DNA from: Octopus sinensis
Lineage: Eukaryota
Direction of reading: 5' to 3'
Assembly (NCBI RefSeq): GCF_006345805.1
Contig: NC_043007.1
Location: 15,314,001 to 15,378,000 of the forward strand
DNA: 64,000 nt
A program made the position numbers and the translations under genes. Positions 55,738 through 64,000 of the stretch are shown piece after piece. The notes below the pieces were generated by a model. It worked only from the letters and a program-made list of their open reading frames with translations. It searched no databases and had not been told where the DNA came from. Each line of letters opens with the position of its first letter. Positions within the stretch are counted from its first letter, which is position 1.

Positions 55738-55802
55738 ATATATATATGAATATACGTATTTATAGACACACACACACACATATATATGTATATATATATA
55801 TG

Positions 55803-55834
<32 letters not shown>

Positions 55835-56344
55835 TAATATATATATATTATATATATATAATATATATAATATATATATATTATATGTATACATATATAG
55901 GCCGTTCTCTACTCTCTTTTAGTACAAAACGTAGCTATAAGGGAGGTAGTCCCAGCAGCAGCACCAGTATTAGTAGTATTAGTATTAGTAGTAGTAGTAG
56001 TTGTATTAGTAGTAGTTGCTGATGTTGTTGAAGTTATCATTCATCATCCGTAGTTGAATTGAATTTATTGAACATAACAATAAAGAGGTGGAGCGTGATA
56101 ATGTTTATGCATAAATGTTAAGGTTTATTGTTAAAACACAATAATTTATCTCCCCCTCTTTCCCTACAGCTACTCTCTTCCCCCTGCTTCTCCCCTCCCT
56201 CTCTCCAGTTCCCTCACTCCACCTCTCTCGAGTACACGAATGCACACACACACTCAAACACTCATTTCTGTATGTATATGAATATATATATCTGAAGTTA
56301 TCTTATATATATTATAGAAATAATTATTATATGCAATAAGCATA

Positions 56345-56364
56345 AATATATATTTTATAGAATT

Positions 56365-56461
<97 letters not shown>

Positions 56462-56492
56462 ATATCTATCAATCTATCTATCTATCTATCCA

Positions 56493-56510
<18 letters not shown>
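56345..56510. repeat. (TATC)n plus (TC)n microsatellite
   Basis: Directly visible. Confidence 0.95.
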
Positions 56511-56536
<26 letters not shown>

Positions 56537-56902
56537 CTAGCAGTATCCCCGGCGTTGCTCGGGTTTGTAAGGGGAATAACTATAAAGCTTTTTAGAGAGT
56601 TTATAGCCAAAAACTGGAAAAAATGATGGTAAATTTTTTTTTTCGTTAAAAAGGTCGAGTTGCGTCCCCTAGACAGTCTGTGGTTTGTATTTCTGATTCT
56701 CGACCCCATGTTGAATTTATCGATTTTTTTCAGAACTGGGGGAACTTTTCAAAAATTTTCGCTGCGTTATTTTGAATTATGACATTGGGCTATGTGTGTG
56801 TCAAGTTTTCATCAGAATCGGTTGAAAGCCGTGGTCAGGGTGAGGGTACACCTAACAGACACACAGAAACCACACAGACAAACTGCCGTTTATATATAGA
56901 GA
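56537..56902 (-). mobile_element. Non-autonomous Helitron
   Basis: Minus strand 5' TCTCTATATATAAACGGC; 3' CCCGAGCAACGCCGGG hairpin plus CTAG, inserted in (AT)n. Confidence 0.82.
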
Positions 56903-56961
56903 TATATATATATATATATATATACCATAGGTTGCCAATCCCCTCTGTCTATTTCCCCTCT

Positions 56962-57001
<40 letters not shown>

Positions 57002-57006
57002 TTGTG

Positions 57007-57052
<46 letters not shown>

Positions 57053-57193
57053 ATAATATATGTATGTGTGGTGTATATATGTATACGTATGTATATATAT
57101 TGTATATATATATATCTTTTATATAATATGTATATATATACATACATATACATATATATCCATACTTTATATTCATTTTCTTCTTATTCTTAG

Positions 57194-57355
57194 GACAACT
57201 ATGCCTTCTATCTCTCCGGACACGGATTTAATGGTAGCCACATTTGGAACGCCGTACGAATACGAAGTCACGGCTCATCCTTCTACCCAAATGCAAAACC
57301 TACGAAGACACATTTATTTGACTGTACTCTTCTGCAAATGGCTCTTTGCGCCTGA
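57194..57355 (+). CDS. Candidate exon of unknown product (DNYAFYLSGHGFNGSHIWNA...)
   Basis: Long pyrimidine tract TTCATTTTCTTCTTATTCTTAG|; phase-0 frame open to TGA at 57353-57355; possible donor GCC|GTACGA after 57253; a second frame is also open. Confidence 0.3.
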   Translation, partial: DNYAFYLSGHGFNGSHIWNAVRIRSHGSSFYPNAKPTKTHLFDCTLLQMALCA

Positions 57356-57634
57356 AATATATAAAAGTTACGTTCCATCACCGCGCTTGACAACCGATGC
57401 TGGTTTATTTACATCCTTGTAACTTAACAGAAAAAGAGGCCAATAGAATAAATACCAAATGGAAATAGTATTGGGGTCTATCTTTTCGATTAAAATCATT
57501 GAAGACGGTCTCCCAATATGGCTGCAGTCTAATGACTGATACAAATAAACGATCAAAGACAAACGAAAGATTAAACCAAAAGTGGAGTGGCCACTGCCAT
57601 GCTGTGGAGTTGCCAAGATAAGCCCCATTTACAC

Positions 57635-57736
57635 AGGCGTAGCAGTGGCTGTGTGGTAAGTGTCTTCTACTATATCCTGGGGCCGACCAAAGCCTTGTGA
57701 GTGGATTTGGCAGACAGAAACTCAAAGAGTCCGTTG

Positions 57737-57771
<35 letters not shown>

Positions 57772-58080
57772 ATGTATTTGTGTCTTCGTGTTTGTCCCCC
57801 CAACATGCTTGACAACCGATGCTGGTGGTTTATCTCTTTTACTTGTTTCAGTCATCTGACTGTGGCCATGCTGGAGCACCGCCTTTTTAGCCGAGTAAAT
57901 CGATCCCAGGACTTATTCTTTGCAAGCCTAGTACTTATTCTATCGGTTTTGCATTTCGGCATAAAACCGATAGAATAAGTACTAGGATTACAAAGAATAA
58001 GTCCTGGAGTGGATTTACTCGACTAAAAAGGCGGCGCTCCAGCATGGCCACAGTCAAATGACTGAAACAAGTAAAAGAGT
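57635..58080 (+). mobile_element. SINE family B whose 3' end is duplicated as a foldback
   Basis: Head 57635-57822; inverted tail ~57826-57949; 12-nt loop; direct tail 57962-58080. Confidence 0.85.
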
Positions 58081-59000
58081 ATAACCAATATTTAAAAGCA
58101 AATTGGAAAGGAGAAATAAACCCAGCACTCACCAAAAATAAATGAATAAATAGATAAGTAAATAAATATATGCGCAACATTGGTTGAGAAACAGAAAATT
58201 TGAAGCTGGGTTGGAAGGATTTCCTATTACAATAGCAACAGAAACTACGAAAATATATATAATAAAGCAGGTATAATAAAGCAGACATGAAAGACTAACT
58301 ATAGTATATGTGTAAGTTACTCTGAACAATCAATAATATTGATTCTGTTTGACCAATATTAGCCAAAACTGAATATATAAACAGTTACATTCTGAATATT
58401 ATAATAGTGGTATTATTATAATATACAAAGAAAATATTAGATAAGTCACAGCATAAAAAAAGATTTGAGAGAATGACAAAGTGACCAAATTTTAATAACA
58501 ATAACTAGTGCCCCGGTCACTAACAATGGTTTCACCCCCATCAAGTTGTGAATGCTCCAAGAAAACGGAAGGTGAAGAGGTGTAGCCGATTGTCGAGGAC
58601 AAAGGAAACAAATCAAGAACAAGTAAATATAAGCAGAAAATAAGAAATGCAAAAAGAAGCTTGTCTTGTTTTTTCTGGGATTGTATGAAATTTACACGCA
58701 TTCTGTTAACGAACAAAGGACTAAATGGCGATTTGTACGAACTGAAGGAATATGGTAGAAAACTACGTGTAGACTGAGAGGGGGTTTGGCCTCTGTGCGG
58801 AATATTTAAGCGAAGTGTTTATAAGAACCAATTTAAGAATGTAAAATGTTACAGATTAACAACCAGGAGGACGATGTGGGTTTTCTCACTCACTCCGACA
58901 CTTGAGCCGCTCACGGGCAGCTTCGAGGCTGAAGATATATATATAATATATATATATATTATATATATATATATATATATATTATCTTATATATATAATA

Positions 59001-59162
59001 TGTGACAATATTCGGTAGCCATGATAAACTCCGAGATTCGGATGTCGGAGCAGAAACCCACAGTGCATCTCTTCAGTTATCCGGCCACCGAAAACATGCC
59101 ATCAAAAAATGCCCGATATCCGAAACTCGGAGTTTTATCATGGCTACCGAATAACTGTCACA
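59001..59162 (-). mobile_element. Miniature PLE-like foldback with a hammerhead-like motif
   Basis: Arms 59001-59048 and 59113-59162; minus strand 59082-59023 reads GGATAA-CTGAAGA-GATG...CATCC-GAATC-TCGGAG-TT-TATC; the other arm retains GAAAC. Confidence 0.6.
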
Positions 59163-59295
59163 TTATATTTACAGATAAATTCCTCTATTTACATAATATC
59201 GAGGTCTCTTTCATTGTTTTTTTTTGTTGTCTTACCATTTCTATCAATATATATATATATAATATATATATATGATGGTGTATATATATGATATC

Positions 59296-60690
59296 CCCCA
59301 CCCCCTTTCTACGTTTCTCTATTCTCTCTCTCACCTCCACCCCCTCGATTGTCTCTTTCTTCTCCTCCCTCGTCCACCTTCTCTCCCTTTTTCATCGTGC
59401 CCTCCCTTTCTCCTGTCTTTGTGTCTCACGTGACAGCTAGCCGCTGTTGAGCGCTCCCTTTTCGTTTTCAGCAGCCTCAGAAGCAACACGGATTGTTCGT
59501 CTCCCCGTGGCCTTTTAGGCACAACTTCACAAGCCAGCCCCATTCTCAACGTCCCTGTCGAAAGACCCTTGTCCTACGTCCTGGTTTTGTTTTGTTGTTT
59601 ATTTTTTATTTTTACCGTTATTGTTTTTACGTTTTTTGTATTCTTATTGGTGTCACGATCTGTATTTTTGTTTTGTGTACTTCGATCTGTTTTCCGTCTT
59701 TCGTGTAGACATTCGAAGCTTCTTCCAGGGGATCTAATGCGCTTGGCTTAGATTTCCCTTGGCGGGCTGGCCATATCGAGCAATCTCAAGATTAATCGCC
59801 GAAATTGCTAAGATGATCTGGTTCTTGACTGATGACTGAGGGCTTCGAATGTCCCGTCCTGTGGTTCTTGTGTCGTCTCTGTGGTTTTTCATGTTCTTGT
59901 CCATGTCTGTAATTAATGTACTGTTTCCTATAATCGGCGGCTACGTATCCACAATTGTCCTTATACGATAAGTATATTTTTTTCTCAAGCTTTGATACGA
60001 CTCTTAATCTGTCTCTTTTTCTCTCTCTCTCTCTCCTCCCTTATTCCACTCCCTTTCTTTCCCTCTCCATCCGTCCCCCCCCCCTTTCTACGTTTCTCTA
60101 TCTCTCTCACCTCCAGCCCCCTCGTCTGTCTCTTCTTTCTCCTCCCCTCGTCCACTTCTCTCCCTTTTCATCTGTCCCTTTCTCCTGTCTTTTGTTCTCA
60201 CGTGACAGCTAGCCGCTGTTGAGCGCTCTTTTCGTTTTCAGCAGCCTCAGAAGCAACACGGATTTGTTCGTCTCCCCGTGGCCTTAGGCACAACTTCACA
60301 AGCCAGCCCCATTCTCAAATCGTCCTGTCGAAAGACCCTTGTCCTACGTCCTGGTTTGTTTTGTTGTTTATTTTTTATTTTTACCGTTATTGTTTTTACG
60401 TTTTGTATTCTTATTGGTGTCACGTATTCTGTATTTTGTTTGTGTACTTCGATCTGTTTTCCGTCCTTTCGTTGTAGACATTCGAAGCTTTCTTCCAGGG
60501 GATCTAATGCGCTTGGCTTAGATTTCCCTTGGCGGGCTGGCCATATCGGAGCAATCTCAGATTAATCAGCCGAAATTGCTAAGATGATCTGGTTCTTGAC
60601 TGATGACGAGGGCTTCGAATGTCCCTCCTGTGGTTCTTGTGTCGTCTCTCTGTGTGTTCATGTTCTTGTCCATCCTGTAATTAATGTTAC
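59296..60690 (+). mobile_element. Tandem pair of ~780-bp PLE-terminal-repeat-like units
   Basis: CCCCTTTCTACGTTTCTCTA at ~59302 and ~60081; both copies end CATGTTCTTGTCCAT...GTAATTAATGT; related to 34829-36542. Confidence 0.8.
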
Positions 60691-60697
60691 GGTTACT

Positions 60698-60739
<42 letters not shown>

Positions 60740-60744
60740 TATAC

Positions 60745-60777
<33 letters not shown>

Positions 60778-60804
60778 CAATACATACATACATACATACA
60801 TACA

Positions 60805-60840
<36 letters not shown>

Positions 60841-61263
60841 TATAATATATAATATATATATTTATATATTACTTATATGCTTATACAAATATCATCCCAA
60901 TATTGTGTAACACCCTGTCCCGTTGCTCAGATCGACTTCGTCTTTCATAATATTGGGGGAGCGATAAAATAAATACTAGTCAAGTACTGGGGTCAATACA
61001 ATCGACTTCATCAACCACTCTGTTATCGTCGTCGTCGTCGTCATCATCATCATCATCATCATCATCATCACCATCACCATCATTATCATCATCATCATCA
61101 TCAAGTCGCCGATAAACTTTCCTTGCTACTTTCATACCGATCTTTTTCGGGGTCAATAAAATAAGGTGCCAGTAAAGTGCTAGAGACAGTTTAATCGTCT
61201 ACGTCCGCTCAAAATTTCAAGACTTGTACGTATGTTATATACAAATAGTATTATCATTATTTT

Positions 61264-61677
61264 ACCTATTTCTTTACTACCCACAAGGGGCTAAACACAG
61301 AGAGGACAAACAAGGCTAGACAAACAGATTAAATCGATTACATCGACCCCAGTGCGTAACTGGTACTTAATTTATCGATCCCGAAACGATGAAAGGCAAA
61401 GTTGACCTCGGCGGAATTTGAACTCAGAACGTAAAGACAGACGAAATACCTATTTCCTTACTACCCACAAGGGGGCTAAACACAGAGAGGACAAACAAGG
61501 CTAGACAAACTGATAATTCGATTATATCGACCCCAGTGCTTACCTGGTACTTATTTATCGACCCGAAAGGATGAAAACAAAGTCGACCTCGGCGAATTTG
61601 AACTCAGAACGTAACGGCAGACGAATACGGCTACGCATTTCGCCCGGCGTGCTAACGTTTCTGCCAGCTCGCCGCCT
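61264..61677 (-). mobile_element. SINE family C with two tandem units
   Basis: Same motifs as 14750-15146; head CTGCCAGCTCGCCGCC at ~61661-61676. Confidence 0.92.
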
Positions 61678-62786
61678 ATTTTACCTTTGCTAATATATTT
61701 CTGCTGACTTTTCACTACACAAAACTAATGCAGCTCCGTTTGCTTTCGCTTTTGCCAATATCACTGAATGTACTTTCACCACCAACATAATGCGCAGAAC
61801 CTGCTTGCTGTCATTGTCTGTATGTTATATTTATAAGCAAAACCATTTTTCTTTTTCCTGTTTCTTTTTTTTTTTAACCACTTTTTTACCCAAACCATTT
61901 GTCTGCATCTCTTTCTCTCCTGTCTTTATGAACCAGCGTTTTCCAAAATTTGGTCAGTTCGTTATTCTCCAAAGTCTTTTATGTTGGAGTTTTTTTCTAC
62001 TTTCTTTTCTTTGCATATAACCATAAAACCGAGAATTTTCAATGTGTGTAACATCTGACTTAGTCATGAGTGTTTATTTATTCCATTTTGGCTAAGACTG
62101 GTCAACCAGAAACAATATTATTTATTGATCTCCACAGCTTCCAACATATATTCTGCTGTTACTCTTTCAAATCTGCCTTATTATATATTCTTCGTAGCTT
62201 CTACTGCTAAAAGAAATGAACAAAACCAAGTCTCAGCTTTGGAACTTGCACTTTTCAGCCATTGCTAAATATTGTTGTTCATTTTCTATCCCCCCTTTTT
62301 AGTTTGGTTTCTTTTGAAGAATATTAGCTATGTAAGAGCTTTTCTTGTCATCGTCTTAGCATGACAGCTGATAGACTAGTTTTAATTTAGTCTTTTTTTT
62401 TTTGTGTGGTTATTTCTTTAAATACATTCTGTTTATGCTTGTTTCTAAGTAAGAAGATTTCTCCCTGTTTATTTTTTCGGTGTTCGTGTTTCGTAAAAAG
62501 CATAGCTGTATGGTTAAGCGGCTCTCATTGTATCCATGGGGTTTTGGCTCCAGTACTGCTCTGCAGTTTCTAGCCCAAGGTGCTCTAGGTCAAAAGCTTA
62601 TGCGTGAATTCGTTGTAGGAAATTGTGTAGAATTCCGTCGTATATAGATATATATATATATATATATTATATAATAATATATATATATATTACATATATC
62701 TGTAATATAATATGTGACAATTATTACTGATAAATTCGTATATTTACATAATATCGAAGTCTCATTCATTCTTTTGTTATCTTACA

Positions 62787-62840
<54 letters not shown>

Positions 62841-63559
62841 CATATATATATCCCCTGTACCTTCCTCTTTCTAATCCTTCAATCCCGCTGCCCCCTATCC
62901 CTCTCTCCTCCTTCCACATCACCAGTATCCGGCCAGCCATGATCTGTCTTTCTTGGGGCCTGACTGCCAACCGCCAACACCTCTTATGTCCATCTCCTAT
63001 GTTCTTGACTTTAGGCTTTCAGTTCATACACGCCAGCTCAATTTGATTCGTTCTCAGTCGAAAGACACCTGTTGTTATATCCTTGTTGTATGTATTTGTA
63101 ATTGTGTAGCATGTTCTCCGTTTTTTTTTTGTCTTTGTTGCGATACACATTCACTACCTTTCTAACAAAAATGTCTAACGCTCTTCGCTTTGATTTTTTT
63201 GCGGGGGCAACCAGATCGAACTATCTCAAATGTAACTGTTCTAATCAGTAAGGACTTCTGGTAAGTTGACTGAGGAAAGAAGGCCATGAATGGCCTATCT
63301 TATTTTGCCTGTTCTTCTAATTGTTTTTCCTGTCCGCCTTCGTATCGCCTATCTGTCCGAATGTTTTATTGTCCTCTATTGCATTTTTATGTGTATGTAT
63401 ATATTATATATACGCACACAACCAACAACGACCGACCGGGAAAGAGAGAATGACAGAGAGAGTGAGAGAGAGATATCTATACGGACACGTTGATAAGTTT
63501 GTCTAAGTCTCTATATATCTAAAAAATTAGTGGGCGTTAATGCTGTGGTTGAAGCAAAA

Positions 63560-63659
63560 NNNNNNNNNNNNNNNNNNNNNNNNNNNNNNNNNNNNNNNNN
63601 NNNNNNNNNNNNNNNNNNNNNNNNNNNNNNNNNNNNNNNNNNNNNNNNNNNNNNNNNNN
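63560..63659. other. Assembly gap (100 N)
   Basis: Run of N. Confidence 0.99.
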
Positions 63660-63913
63660 GTCGAGTTGCGTCCCCTAGACAGTCTGTGGTTTGTATTTCT
63701 GATTCTCGACCCCATGTTGAATTTACGATCGTTTTTTTCAGAACTGGGGGAACTTTTCAAAATTTCGCCTGCGTTAGTTTTGAATTATGACATTGGGCTA
63801 TGTGTGTGTGTGTCAAGTTTCATCAGAATCGGTTGAAAGCCGTGGTCAGGTGAGGGTACAACCTAACAGACACACAGAAACACACACAGACAAACTGCCG
63901 TTATATATAGAGA
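63660..63913 (-). mobile_element. Partial second copy of the 56537-56902 Helitron, cut by the gap
   Basis: Near-identical to 56654-56902, and the downstream flank is duplicated too. Confidence 0.85.
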
Positions 63914-64000
63914 TATATATATATATTATATATATACCATAGGTTGCCAATCCCCTCTGTCTATTTCCCTCTCAATATAATATATATATATATATATATA

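Noticed and set aside
58500-58775. Mariner-like QW..P and FWD motifs
   Set aside because: The motifs are in different frames and about twice the expected distance apart; no terminal inverted repeats were seen.

Overview
AT-rich, microsatellite-saturated animal genomic DNA. The SINE families and the (AT)n/(TACA)n/(GATA)n load look like an octopod cephalopod (Octopus); this rests on my recall of these repeats, not a search. There is no complete protein-coding gene. Almost all ORFs in the supplied track are microsatellite artefacts. Supportable content: about 20 tRNA-derived SINE copies in 3-4 families, 3-4 non-autonomous Helitron-like elements, two MITE-like foldbacks, three decayed Penelope-like element (PLE) coding relics (one with RT plus GIY-YIG), three weak exon candidates, and a 100-N gap. 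The most striking signal is a dense set of short, ORF-less, PLE-terminal-repeat-like inserts, most of them beside (AT)n tracts. These occur as long foldback palindromes or tandem arrays and carry type I hammerhead ribozyme motifs. I found about 10 such motifs in at least 7 dissimilar sequence contexts, of which about 6 have an intact core. All have a palindromic or near-palindromic stem III, and several have an unusually long stem II. Two near-perfect palindromes each carry two antiparallel intact hammerheads. All folds were done by eye.
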